The notes under the pieces: generated by a model
Told to the model about the DNA's origin: nothing
Databases searched by the model: none
Seen by the model: only the letters and a program-made list of their open reading frames with translations
Assembly: GCA_965261735.1 (NCBI GenBank)
Contig: OZ253470.1
Span: 1,088,001 to 1,152,000 of the forward strand
Length of the DNA stretch: 64,000 bases
Direction: 5' to 3'
From: Alphaproteobacteria bacterium
GTDB taxonomy: Bacteria; Pseudomonadota; Alphaproteobacteria; SHVV01
Shown: positions 1-10,045 of the stretch, one piece after another
Layout of the letters: every line of letters starts with the position of its first letter
How positions within the stretch are numbered: position 1 is the stretch's first letter
Position numbers and translations under genes: made by a program

Positions 1-600
1 CTCCTGGCGCGAGGCCGCCTGCGGCACGGTCTCCTTCCACGACGCCGAGGGCAAGCGCCTGAAGACCCTCTATCTCGGCCCCATGCCGGAGAGCGGCAAG
101 CTCACGCTGAAGGCGCAGCTTGCAAGCGAAGTCGCACACATCAGGCGAGCACGCCCCGAGATCGGGATCGTCGCTATCGCCGATGGCGCCGCCGACAACT
201 GGACCTTCCTGGAGACCCTGTCGCCCGAAACCGAGGTGATCGACTTCTGGCATGCTTGCGAACATCTGCAAACCGCGTCCGACCATGCCGTGGCGCCCGG
301 CTGGTTCGAGAAGTACCGCGAGATCCTCCGTCACGATCCCCGTGGCGTCGCCAAGGTGATCCGGGCGCTGCGCCACCTTCGCGATGCCGCCGCTGCGCCG
401 GACCGGGCCGAGACCGAGCGGGAACTCGCCTTCTTCCGCAAGCATCGCCATCGCATGCGCTACCACGCCCTGAAGGAAGAGGGCATCGCCATCGGCTCAG
501 GCGTGGTCGAGGCTGCCAACAAGATCCCTGGTGACACAGCGCATGAAGCGCTCCGGCATGCGCTGGCGGATCGTCGGCGGACAGGCTGTTCTGACCTTGC
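1..600 (+). pseudogene. ISKra4/ISLre2 (UPF0236)-like DDE transposase, partial; frameshifted near 527 and truncated at 600
   Basis: Motifs IADGAADNW, IDFWHACEHL and GSGVVEAANK. After removing one C near 527 it continues LVTQRMKRSGMRW, then joins IS1595 sequence. Confidence 0.8.
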
Positions 601-705
601 TCGGCATCGCGGGCGACACCTCTGCTCCAACCTATGCCGAGCTTTACTCGGGAGAGTGGCGGCACCCTACATGTAGCGGTCATGGGCGTTAACCGGATAG
701 GCAAG
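597..705 (+). mobile_element. Right-end remnant (109 bp) of the ISSod11-like IS1595 element
   Basis: Matches the 3' end of the full copies, including the TIR ...GTTAACCGGATAGGCAAG. The junction shares TTGC microhomology. Confidence 0.9.
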
Positions 706-791
706 AATCATGCCTCTGCGCATGTTGGCGCGCGTCTGCCGCCGAAGGTCAGCTTTATATTAATATTAAAGGCGAGTCTTGGATTCTGGAA

Positions 792-2109
792 ATGGAGCGG
801 CCCCTCACCGAAGTCGGCGACTGGTCCGAGGAGATGTCCTTCACCAGCAAGGACGGGAGCGAGGGCATCTGCGAAATGCATGTGTCGCCGCTCTTCGACG
901 ACAATGGGCACATCACGGCGTGGGTCGGGGTCAATCGCGACATCACCGACCGCAAGCAAATGATGGAACAACTCACCCAGGCGCGCAAAAATGGACGCTC
1001 TCGGGCGCCTGACCGGCGGGGTCGCGCACGACTTCAACAACCTGCTCACCGTCATCGACGGATTCTCCAAGATGGCGCTGCGCAAGACGAGCGATGTAGA
1101 GCGCGTCGAGAGTTGCCTCGGCGAAGTCATCAAGGCGTCGGAGAAGGCGGCGCGCTTGACCAGTCAGCTCCTCGCGTTCAGCCGCAAACAGGTGCTCGAG
1201 CCCAGGGTCGTCAACCTCGAGGCCCTGGTTCGCGAGCTCGAGAGCCTGCTCGAGCCGCTCTTGGGAGAGACGATCAACCTTAGGATCAAGATCTCGGACG
1301 AGGACATTTGGGTCGAGGTCGATCCGAGCCAGCTCTCTCAAGCGATCATGAATCTAGCCATCAACTCGCGCGACGCGATGCCGCGCGGCGGCCTCCTGCT
1401 GATCGAGGTTGACTCGAGCGAGGTCGATGAGGCGCGCGCGGAAACGGCCGGTGTCATACCCGGCACCTATGCCTCGGTCACGGTCAAGGACGGCGGCGTG
1501 GGAATGGACGAGGCCACGCTGAAGAACATTTTCGAGCCGTTCTTTACGACCAAGGAACCGGGGCGCGGGACCGGGCTCGGGCTGTCTATGGTGTACGGCA
1601 TGGTCAAGCAATCGAGGGGATTCCTCGACATCGAAAGTGCGCCCGGACGGGGCACCGCAGCCGCCATCTACCTGCGCCGCGTCGATCGCCAACCCGAGAT
1701 CGGCGAAGAAGGTCCCGCGCTCGACCCCGGCAGCGGCAACGCCGAAACCATCCTCATCGTCGAGGACGAGGACGCAGTCCGCGAGCTCGCGAAAATGACG
1801 CTCGAGGAGATGGGCTACGACGTTCTCACCGCCTGCAATGGCGGCGACGCCATCGAGATCCACAAGGCCTACACAGGCCGCATCGACCTACTCCTCACCG
1901 ACATCGTCATGCCGGGCTGGGGCGGCCCCGAGGTCGCCCGCTCGGTGACGGAGGATCGCCCCGATACCAAGGTCATCTACATGTCGGGCTATCCGTCGCG
2001 CGGCCGATTGCATCGTTACGAGATAGGCCCGGAAGTGCCCTTCGTTCAAAAGCCCTTCGACCCCACGAACTTGGGTCGCATGGTGCGCCAGCTCCTCCTC
2101 GACGGATGA
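792..2109 (+). CDS. PAS-histidine kinase-receiver hybrid sensor (CckA-like architecture); 5' truncated, 1-nt frameshift in the A run near 986-990
   Basis: PAC motif (GVNRDITDRK), H-box GGVAHDFNNLL, N-box NLAINSRDAM, G-boxes FEPFFTTK/GTGLGLS and a C-terminal receiver (LLLTDIVMPG). Confidence 0.85.
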
Positions 2110-2194
2110 AGCCGGGTCGTCGAATCGGGGGCGGGCTTGGTCGGGCGCCGGGCGCCGCCGCGGCCCCTGGCCCCCGCCCTTAGGCAGCCACGAG

Positions 2195-2593
2195 ATGAGC
2201 GCCGTCGAAGATCTGAAGATTCTGGTGGTCGAGGACAACCTCCAGGCGCGCACCATGATCCGTATGATCTGCAAGGAGCTCGGCATCAACCAGGTCTTCA
2301 CCGCCAACGACGGCAAGGAAGCACTCGACTTTCTCGGCGCTTGCGACGACCTCGTTGACATCATCATTTGCGACTGGAACATGCCGCGGCTCACCGGTCT
2401 CGAGCTCTTGCATCAGGTCCGGACGGCCGATCCCGACATGCCCTTCCTCATGCTCACGGGGCTCGCCGACATGGACTCCGTCGTCGCCGCCAGGGAGGGC
2501 GGCGTGAGCGGCTATCTGCGCAAGCCCTTCTCGCCCGAGCAGCTCGAGGCCAAGTTGCGCTTCCTCGCCGAGGGGATCGGGGCCGCGGCCTAA
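2195..2593 (+). CDS. Single-domain CheY-like response regulator
   Basis: ILVVEDN, IICDWNMP, MLTG and YLRKPF receiver motifs. Confidence 0.9.
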   Translation: MSAVEDLKILVVEDNLQARTMIRMICKELGINQVFTANDGKEALDFLGACDDLVDIIICDWNMPRLTGLELLHQVRTADPDMPFLMLTGLADMDSVVAAREGGVSGYLRKPFSPEQLEAKLRFLAEGIGAAA

Positions 2594-3708
2594 GCCGCAA
2601 GCGCCTCCAGGGCTGGCGTGTAGGTCTCGCCAAGATCGCGGGCGACGGCCTCATACGTGATCCGCCCGCGGCATACGTTCAGGCCGTTGCGCAGGTGCGC
2701 GTCCTCCTTCAGGGCCTGCTCGTATCCCTTGTCGGCGAGCGCGAGCACAAAGGGCAGAGTGGCGTTGTTGAGCGCCTGCGTCGCCGTGCGGGCCGCCGCT
2801 CCGGGCATATTGGTCACGCAGTAGTGGACGACGCCATCGACGATATAGGTCGGATCATCGTGGGTCGTAGGCCGGCTGGTCTCTGAGCAGCCGCCCTGGT
2901 CGATCGACACGTCGACGAACACCGAACCCCGCTTCATCGACTTCACCATGTGCTGGGTGATGACCTTGGGCGCGCTGGCCCCCGGCACGAGTACGGCACC
3001 GATCACGAGATCGGCGAGCAGGAGGTGGTGCTCGAGGGAGTCGACGGTGGAATAGATCGTGTTCAGCGTGGGGCCAAACTGCATGTCGAGCTCGTAGAGC
3101 CGATCGAGCGACTGGTCGATGACCGTCACGCGCGCTTCCATACCCATCGCCATGCGAGCGGCGTTGGTGCCGACGACGCCACCACCGAGGATCACGACGT
3201 CGGCCGCAGGCACGCCGGGAACGCCGCCGAGCAGCATGCCCCGGCCGCCCTGCAGCATCTCCAGGCAGTGGGCGCCGACATGGATCGACATGCGCCCCGC
3301 CACTTCGCTCATCGGCGCCAGCAGCGGCAAGCCTCCCCTCGAATCGGTGACCGTCTCGTAGGCGATGGCAATGGCTCCGGATTCGCGCAAGCCGCGCGCC
3401 TGCACGGGGTCCGGCGCCAAATGCAGGTAGGTGAAGAGGACTTGCCCCTCGCGCAGCATCTTGCATTCGTCGGGGCTCGGCTCCTTGACCTTCGTGATCA
3501 TGTCCGCGGCGCCGAAAATGACGTCTGGCGTCATCGCAATCTCGGCGCCCGCCTTGACGTAGGAATCGTCGTGAAAGCCGATCGCGGCGCCGCAGGCGTG
3601 CTGCACCACGACGCGGTGACCGTGGTGCACGGCCTCACGCACACTGGCCGGGGTCATGCCCACCCGGCTTTCGTGCGCCTTGGTTTCTCTCGGAACGCCG
3701 ATCAGCAT
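2590..3708 (-). CDS. ald: Alanine dehydrogenase
   Basis: MLIGVPRETK start, KVKEP, FTYLHLA, PMSEVAGR, GGGVVG, DVSIDQGGC and HYCVTNMPG. Confidence 0.96.
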   Translation of the reverse strand: MLIGVPRETKAHESRVGMTPASVREAVHHGHRVVVQHACGAAIGFHDDSYVKAGAEIAMTPDVIFGAADMITKVKEPSPDECKMLREGQVLFTYLHLAPDPVQARGLRESGAIAIAYETVTDSRGGLPLLAPMSEVAGRMSIHVGAHCLEMLQGGRGMLLGGVPGVPAADVVILGGGVVGTNAARMAMGMEARVTVIDQSLDRLYELDMQFGPTLNTIYSTVDSLEHHLLLADLVIGAVLVPGASAPKVITQHMVKSMKRGSVFVDVSIDQGGCSETSRPTTHDDPTYIVDGVVHYCVTNMPGAAARTATQALNNATLPFVLALADKGYEQALKEDAHLRNGLNVCRGRITYEAVARDLGETYTPALEALAA

Positions 3709-3748
3709 GTGTGCTTCTCCGTTGCGCCAGAGCGGGTGCCCGCCGGGC

Positions 3749-5089
3749 TCAGGCGATCTCCCTCAAGACCGCGCCGATCGTCTCGAAGAGACGCCCGATC
3801 TCCTCGGCCTCGATGATGAGCGGGGGCGATACTGCGATGGTGTCGCCGGTGGTACGGATCAGGACGCCCTGGTCGAAGCAGCGGGCGAACGCCTCGACGG
3901 CGCGCGCCGTCGGCTGGCCCGGGCGCGGCGCCAGCTCGATGCCCGCGACCATTCCGATATTGCGGACGTCGATGACGTGGGGGGCGCCGGCGAGGCTGTG
4001 GGCGGCTTCCTCGAACACCGGCTCGAGCGCGCTCGCGCGGGCGAACAGACCCTCTTCCGCGTAGACGTCGAGCGCGGCCAGACCGGCCGCGCAGGCGAGC
4101 GGGTGGCCCGAATAGGTGTAGCCGTGAAAGAGCTCGATGGCGCCATCGGCGGCGGCCGCCGTGACGGCGTCGTAAATGCCCGCCCGCGCCGCAACGGCTC
4201 CCATCGGCACCGTCGCGTTGGTGAGCCCCTTGGCACAGGTGAGGATATCGGGAACGACACCGAAACGCTCGGCCGCAAAGCTCGCGCCGAGGCGGCCGAA
4301 CCCGGTGATCACCTCATCGAAGATCAGCAGGATGCCATGGCGGTCGCAAATCTCGCGAAGTCGCTCGAGGTATCCCTTGGGCGGCACCAGCACACCGGTC
4401 GACCCGGCTATGGGCTCGACGATGACCGCGGCGATCGTGGAGGCGTCGTGCAGCACGACCAGGTGCTCGAGGTCGTCGGCCAGGTGCGCACCCCATGCCG
4501 GCTCGCCGCGGGAGAAGGCGTTCTCTTCCAGATTGTGCGTGTGGCTCAGGTGATCGACGCCGTTCAAGAGCGGGCCGAAGGCCTTGCGGTTGGCGGCAAT
4601 TCCGCCGACCGAGATGCCCCCGAAGCCGACCCCGTGATAGCCGCGCTCGCGGCCGATGAGCCGCCGCCGCGAGCTGTCGCCGCGCGCCACGTGGTAGGCG
4701 AGGGCGATCTTCAGGGCGGTATCGACGGCTTCCGAGCCCGAGTTGGTGAAGAACACATGGTCGAGGTCGCCCGGGAGAACGGTGGCGAGGCGGGATGCGA
4801 GCTCGAAGGCGCCGGGGTGGCCCAACTGGAAGGCCGGGGCGTAGTCGAGCTGCCCGACCTGCGCGCGCACAGCGTCGACGATTCGTTCCCGGCAATGGCC
4901 CGCATTGACGCACCACAACCCCGCCGTGCCATCCAAGATCTGGCGCCCGTCGGCGCTCGTGAAGTACATGCCCTTGGCCGCGACGAGGAGGCGTGGCGCC
5001 GCCTTGAACGCCCGATTCGCGGTGAACGGCATCCAATAGGCTTCGAGGTTGTTGGTGGCGGCGTGAGCCATTTCGGCCCCGCTGGTCAT
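3749..5089 (-). CDS. Class III PLP aminotransferase, beta-alanine/omega-amino acid:pyruvate transaminase type
   Basis: YWMPFTANR, DGTAGLWC, NSGSEAVDTALK, YHGVGFGG, FDEVITGFGR and AKGLT. GGAGG RBS upstream. Confidence 0.92.
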   Translation of the reverse strand: MTSGAEMAHAATNNLEAYWMPFTANRAFKAAPRLLVAAKGMYFTSADGRQILDGTAGLWCVNAGHCRERIVDAVRAQVGQLDYAPAFQLGHPGAFELASRLATVLPGDLDHVFFTNSGSEAVDTALKIALAYHVARGDSSRRRLIGRERGYHGVGFGGISVGGIAANRKAFGPLLNGVDHLSHTHNLEENAFSRGEPAWGAHLADDLEHLVVLHDASTIAAVIVEPIAGSTGVLVPPKGYLERLREICDRHGILLIFDEVITGFGRLGASFAAERFGVVPDILTCAKGLTNATVPMGAVAARAGIYDAVTAAAADGAIELFHGYTYSGHPLACAAGLAALDVYAEEGLFARASALEPVFEEAAHSLAGAPHVIDVRNIGMVAGIELAPRPGQPTARAVEAFARCFDQGVLIRTTGDTIAVSPPLIIEAEEIGRLFETIGAVLREIA

Positions 5090-5987
5090 CTCGCCCCTCC
5101 GTGATCCTCAGGCAAGGCGCGACCCTATCAGAATTCGCCACCGCGCGGCAGCGCGCCGGCGGGCTAGGACGACGGTTCGGCGAAATAAAGCGTGACCGGG
5201 CCTTCGACGCCCTTGAGGTCGAACGCGCCGCCCTCCTCGAAGCGCACGTTCTGGCCGGCGCAGAGTTCGCGCACGACGTTGGAGGTCATGACCCGCCCCG
5301 CTTGGCCCTTGTCGCAGATTCGCGCCGCGAGCTGGACCGTGGTGCCGAAGAGGTCATCGTCTTCCTTGATCGGCGTTCCCGAATTGATGCCGATTCGCAC
5401 GTTGACGGGGAGCTCGGGATGGGCCGAGTTGTGGGCCGCGAGGCCGGCTTGCATCTCGAGGGATCCGGTCACGGCGTTCGCGGTGGAGTCGAATCGGGCC
5501 ATGATGCCATCGCCCGTGTGCTTTACCTCGAAGCCGTTGTGGCGCTTTAGCACGGCCCTCACAATCTGATTGTGGGTGCGGACGACCTCCTGGGCTCCGG
5601 CGTCACCGCGCTCCTGCGTCATCGCCGTCGAGCCGACGAGATCGGTGAACATGACAGCGACCAGATCACTGCCCGATCCGGCCTCGGCGGCCGGCTTCTT
5701 CCAGACCTCCAGCGCGCGCTCGAGCTCCGCCGCCGCGTCCCCGCCACCGTCTGCTAGGTGTGTGGTCAGGGCCGTGCCCCCGGCGCGAAACATCTCGGCG
5801 TATTTGGGCTCTAGCAGGTACTCCTCGTAGCGCTTGCTAAAGGTCTTGGCCATCTCGGGCTTGGAGCCCAGAACGGCGACGCACTTACCGAGAAGTTCCG
5901 CGAACTGGCGCTTGCCGAGCCGACCTTCGCGCGCACAGGCCTCGGCGGCGCCAGCGAGGAACAGGTGGCACCCGAACTTGTTGAAAC

Positions 5988-7092
5988 CTTGCCTATCCGG
6001 TTAACGCCCATGACCGCTACATGTAGGGTGCCACCACTCTCCCGAGTAAAGCTCGGCATAGGTTGGAGCAGAGGTGTCGCCCGCGATGCCGAGCAATGAG
6101 CGGAAGGCGTTGAACGGGTAGAACCGCCTGTTGAAGCGGAAGGTGAACTCGTTGAGGTAGGCTTGTAGGTGCTGGTGGCTAACGCCGTGGTGGATACCGA
6201 TCAGCCACGTCTTCAGGTTGGCGAAAACCAGATGGATGATCGGCAGGTATTGCTCGGCAACCTCTGGATCACCACACTCGGCAACAGCGAAGTGCTCATA
6301 GCCGCGCTTCCCGAGGCCAGCATAGCCGCTCCAATCGTCAGTAACGATCAGCGATCGCGGCGCGACGGTGCTCTCGACGAACCCACAGAGCGACTCGGCG
6401 CTACGGTCGAGCACGACGGCGAGCCGAACGCGTCCGGCATAGCGTCCGTCTTTCCGGTTGTCGAGCTTGGTGCCCGGCTTTCGATGACGCACCTCGATGG
6501 CACAGGAGACGGGAACCTTGTGGTGAACACCACGGCCTTCCCCACGCGTTCGCCCGCCAACCCAGGTTTCGTCCACCTCAACATGGTTCTTGGGCTGTCC
6601 ACCGATCCTGTCTTGGTTGGGCCGCACCATGCCCGAGCGGAGCTTGTGGAGAATTTGAAAGGCCGTCTCGTAGCGCGAAAGACCAAGTTGCCGCTGAAAC
6701 TGCACGGCGGACATGCCGGGCGTCTGACTGGCGACCAGATAAGCGGCCCAGAACCAGACGTTCAGCGGAGTGTGGCTACGCTCCATCACTGTTCCCACCG
6801 TCAGCCCGGTGTTCTGGCGGCACTTGCGGCAGCGCAGGACGCCAGGGCGGTTTTCAAAGTGGAACGGCTCTCCCGCCGTGCCGCAGTGCGGGCAGGCAAA
6901 GCCGTCTCCCCAGCGGGCTTTCTCCAGGTAGGCGGCGCAGGCCGCATCATCGGGGAAAAGTCGCTGGAACTCGGGTAGCGAATGCGGGAATGGGAGATCG
7001 GCGCGGTCGAGAACATCCATGGCGCGCTCCCCTATATCCGGGTTGCGCCCATTCTAGCCCTAGTGGGTGTGGGTGTAAACCGGATAGGCAAG
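5988..7092 (-). mobile_element. IS1595 family, ISSod11-like, 1105 bp (copy A)
   Basis: TIRs CTTGCCTATCCGGTT. 8-bp TSD GTTGAAAC at 5980-5987 and 7093-7100. Confidence 0.97.
6001..7020 (-). CDS. IS1595 family transposase
   Basis: Zn ribbon CPHC...CRKC, VEVDETWVGG, VTDDWSGY, IHLVFANLK and YLNEFTFRFNRR. Confidence 0.96.
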   Translation of the reverse strand: MDVLDRADLPFPHSLPEFQRLFPDDAACAAYLEKARWGDGFACPHCGTAGEPFHFENRPGVLRCRKCRQNTGLTVGTVMERSHTPLNVWFWAAYLVASQTPGMSAVQFQRQLGLSRYETAFQILHKLRSGMVRPNQDRIGGQPKNHVEVDETWVGGRTRGEGRGVHHKVPVSCAIEVRHRKPGTKLDNRKDGRYAGRVRLAVVLDRSAESLCGFVESTVAPRSLIVTDDWSGYAGLGKRGYEHFAVAECGDPEVAEQYLPIIHLVFANLKTWLIGIHHGVSHQHLQAYLNEFTFRFNRRFYPFNAFRSLLGIAGDTSAPTYAELYSGEWWHPTCSGHGR

Positions 7093-7584
7093 GTTGAAAC
7101 TATCGAGCTTGAAGCCGTCGGTCGCGAGTCCGGCAATCGCCTCCTCGAGGAATTTCATCATAGAAACTCGCGAATCGCGAAACTCATCCTCAGTGGCCGC
7201 GGTGGTCTCGTCCTCCTCCTCATCGTCGTCCATGTCGTCGTAGGGATTGTCGGCTTCGGCGCCACCGTCGCCGTCGAGCTTTATCTCGATCGTGTCGGCG
7301 AGACTCTGGCTCGCCTCAGGTTGCGCGGCGGCCGCCTCTGCCTGAGGCGGCTCCGGCGGCTTTCCCTCGGAAGCGTTGAGGATGGCAAACTCGGAGGGCT
7401 TGATGAAGATCTTGCCGAGCGTGTAGGCGCAGGCCACGAACGACACGGCAAATACGATCCCATTAAGGATAACCGGGTTCATGTCGTCCTGCGGCGCGGC
7501 TCAAGGCGACGACTTGACCTCGTACGGCGTGTCATGATGGCAGCGCCGCTCCGTCTCCCGGGCACGCCCTCTTGCGGCGTCGCC

Positions 7585-7947
7585 TCAAAGCGTGAACCGG
7601 GTGTACATAAACGTCGTGGCCGCGGCGAAGCCAAAGCTCACGACGGCGATAACGACCACCTTGTAGAAGAGGACCGCCCCGGGGCGGGCCAACACGCGCG
7701 GCGGGCCCGGCGCCTTCTTCGATCCGCGACGCGACCGGCGTACCGGCCGCTCGTCCTCCTCCTCATCGCCATCATCGTCGAAGACGGACCCGCCGACGCC
7801 GCTCGGCCCGCCATATCCCGAGTCATCCCCGTCGTCATCGTCGGCGCTGAAGCGCGGCTCACCTCCGCCTCCACCTCCGCCGCCGCTGCCGCCGCTACCA
7901 GCCTTCTGACTGTCGTAGACGACCTCGCCTTCGACACGGTAGCGCAT
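7585..7947 (-). CDS. Hypothetical protein: Gly/Asp-rich low-complexity region with C-terminal TM helix
   Basis: Open frame with GC3-biased codons and hydrophobic C-terminus VLFYKVVVIAVVSFGFAAAT. Start uncertain. Confidence 0.55.
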   Translation of the reverse strand: MRYRVEGEVVYDSQKAGSGGSGGGGGGGGEPRFSADDDDGDDSGYGGPSGVGGSVFDDDGDEEEDERPVRRSRRGSKKAPGPPRVLARPGAVLFYKVVVIAVVSFGFAAATTFMYTRFTL

Positions 7948-8006
7948 CCGGCGTCGCGGGTGGGGTTTGGGGCGCTGGGCACGCCTCGCGAGCGCGTGCC
8001 GCTCCG

Positions 8007-8951
8007 TCACGCTACGCGGTGCAGCAGCGCCTCGTTGCGCTCCTGGCGCCGGCAATTCTCGACCGCAATGCCGAGGCTCCGCTCCAGCGTCTCGGGGGTG
8101 AGCCAGGCGACATGGGGCATGAGCACCACGTTATCGAGAGCGAACAGTGGATTGTCGGGCTCCAGGGGCTCGCGGGCAAAGACGTCGAGCCCCGCGGCTC
8201 CGAGCCGCCGTTCGCCGAGCCCGGCGACAAGGGCGGCCTCGTCGACGAGCCCACCGCGCGCGGTATTGATCAGGATGGCGCCCGGCTTCATCCGGGCGAT
8301 AGCGGCACCATCGATGAGGTTCTCGGTCTCGGGCGTCAGGGGCAGGTGTAGCGATACGATATCGGCTTCGGCCAGGAGGTCCTCCAGGGGCCGCCATTCG
8401 GCGCCGGCCCGTGTCTCCCTCGACCTCGAATGATAGAGGACACGGGCGCCCAGACCTTCCAGCATGGGCGTGAGCGCCTTGCCCACCGCCCCGTAGCCCA
8501 CCAGCCCGACGGTGCGCCCACCCATCTCGCCGAGCTCATCGAACAGGGCAGCATCCATGGCCCAGCCGGCCCCGGCGCGGCACGCGCGGTCGTAGAGCGG
8601 CAGCCGGCGCAAGGCCGCTAGCATGAGCAGGAGCGCACTCTCGGCCACGGCACGGCTGTTGGTGCCCGGCATGTTGGCTACCTGTATGCCGCGCCCCCGC
8701 GCCGCCTCCAAGTCGATCGTGTTGACACCAACGCCGATCTTCTGGATAAGGCGCAGGCGCGGCGAGCGTTCGATCACCTCGGCCGTGGCCGGTCGCAGCA
8801 CGTGAAACAACACCTCGGCCTTCGCCATCAGCTCCAGGAATCGCCGTTCATCGAGCTCCGCACACGGCGTGATATTGAGCCCCTCGGTCGAGAGCTCGTC
8901 GAGCCGACTGCGAAGGCCCGGACTGGCATCGTATTGAAGGACGACTTCCAT
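8007..8951 (-). CDS. D-isomer specific 2-hydroxyacid dehydrogenase
   Basis: GVGVNTID, GLVGYGAVG, LHLPLT, INTARG, LDVFAREP and PHVAW. Confidence 0.92.
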   Translation of the reverse strand: MEVVLQYDASPGLRSRLDELSTEGLNITPCAELDERRFLELMAKAEVLFHVLRPATAEVIERSPRLRLIQKIGVGVNTIDLEAARGRGIQVANMPGTNSRAVAESALLLMLAALRRLPLYDRACRAGAGWAMDAALFDELGEMGGRTVGLVGYGAVGKALTPMLEGLGARVLYHSRSRETRAGAEWRPLEDLLAEADIVSLHLPLTPETENLIDGAAIARMKPGAILINTARGGLVDEAALVAGLGERRLGAAGLDVFAREPLEPDNPLFALDNVVLMPHVAWLTPETLERSLGIAVENCRRQERNEALLHRVA

Positions 8952-9025
8952 CGATTGGACGTGCCGGCGCGCCGCGTTGATCGAGGGGGTGGCATATTAC
9001 CATGGGCCGGCGCGGGGGATAGCCG

Positions 9026-10045
9026 GTGAGCCGCGCCTGCGACCCCCGGGCGCGGCGCGATCTCGAAGCGGCGTTGCGGCGCATGGACCTGATCGCGGAC
9101 GACGAGCACCCCTGCTTCACGGCGCTGCCGGGGGGCGTGTCCTCCGATATATGGCGGGTCGAACTGCGGGCCGGCCCGGCTTGCATCAAGCGGGCATTGG
9201 CGCGGCTGCGGGTCGCGGGCGAATGGCGCGCGCCCATCGAGCGCGGCCGCTTCGAGGTCGCCTGGATCGAAACGGTGGCCGCCATCGAACCTACGGCCGT
9301 ACCGCCGATTCTCGGCCAGGACGCCGAGGCAGGGCTGTTCGTCATGGCCTACCTCGACCCGGCCGAGTACCCGCTGTGGAAGGCCCAGCTCCGCGGCGGC
9401 ATTGCCGACGGCGCCACGGCGGCCGCCGTCGGTGCCCGTCTCGGCCGGATTCATGCCGCGACCGCCGGCGACGCGGCCGTCGCCGCGCGCTTCGACACGC
9501 TGCACATCTTCCACCCCATCCGGCTCGAGCCCTACCTGCTGGCGACGGCGCGCGCCCATCCGGACCGCGCCCGCGGACTTCGGGGCTTGGCCGAACGGAC
9601 CGCGCGCACCCAGCGCGCACTGGTCCACGGCGATGTCAGCCCCAAGAACATCCTGATCGGCCCCAAGGGACCGGTGTTTCTCGATTCGGAGTGTGCCTGG
9701 TACGGCGACCCCGCCTTCGACCTCGCCTTCTGCCTCAACCACCTGCTCCTCAAGTGCCTGTGGAATCCAGCCGCACGCGACGGATTCCTGTCCTGTTTCA
9801 ATGCGCTGGCGGGCGCCTATCTCGGGACGGTTGACTGGGAGGCTGGTAGCGAGCTGGAGGCGCGCGCCGCGACTCTCCTGCCGGCGCTGCTGCTGGCCCG
9901 CGTCGACGGCAAGTCTCCGGTCGAATACCTGACGGAGGAGGCCGACAAGGCGCGCGTTCGGCGCGCAGCTCGGGCCCTGCTCGAAGCGCCGGTGAGCCGG
10001 CTCGCGGACGTGCGCGCGGCCTGGCACGACGAGCTCGAGCGATGA
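9026..10045 (+). CDS. APH/choline kinase-like phosphotransferase (MtnK-related fold)
   Basis: GGVSSDIW loop, CIKRAL, HGDVSPKNILI and LDSECAWYGDPAFD. Confidence 0.85.
   Translation: MSRACDPRARRDLEAALRRMDLIADDEHPCFTALPGGVSSDIWRVELRAGPACIKRALARLRVAGEWRAPIERGRFEVAWIETVAAIEPTAVPPILGQDAEAGLFVMAYLDPAEYPLWKAQLRGGIADGATAAAVGARLGRIHAATAGDAAVAARFDTLHIFHPIRLEPYLLATARAHPDRARGLRGLAERTARTQRALVHGDVSPKNILIGPKGPVFLDSECAWYGDPAFDLAFCLNHLLLKCLWNPAARDGFLSCFNALAGAYLGTVDWEAGSELEARAATLLPALLLARVDGKSPVEYLTEEADKARVRRAARALLEAPVSRLADVRAAWHDELER

Larger units (their letters stand above)
5164..7482 (-). pseudogene. Membrane-anchored class III adenylate/guanylate cyclase interrupted by IS1595
   Basis: Removing IS 5988-7092 and one TSD joins ...KLDSFN to KFGCHLFLAG...EMAKTF in frame. 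N-terminal TM helix and acidic linker. Catalytic domain FTDLVGST, KHTGDG, DDLFGTTVQLAARI. Confidence 0.9.

Noticed and set aside
6169-6978. 269-aa antisense ORF repeated in every IS copy
   Set aside because: A shadow frame of the transposase; the recurrence reflects IS identity only.
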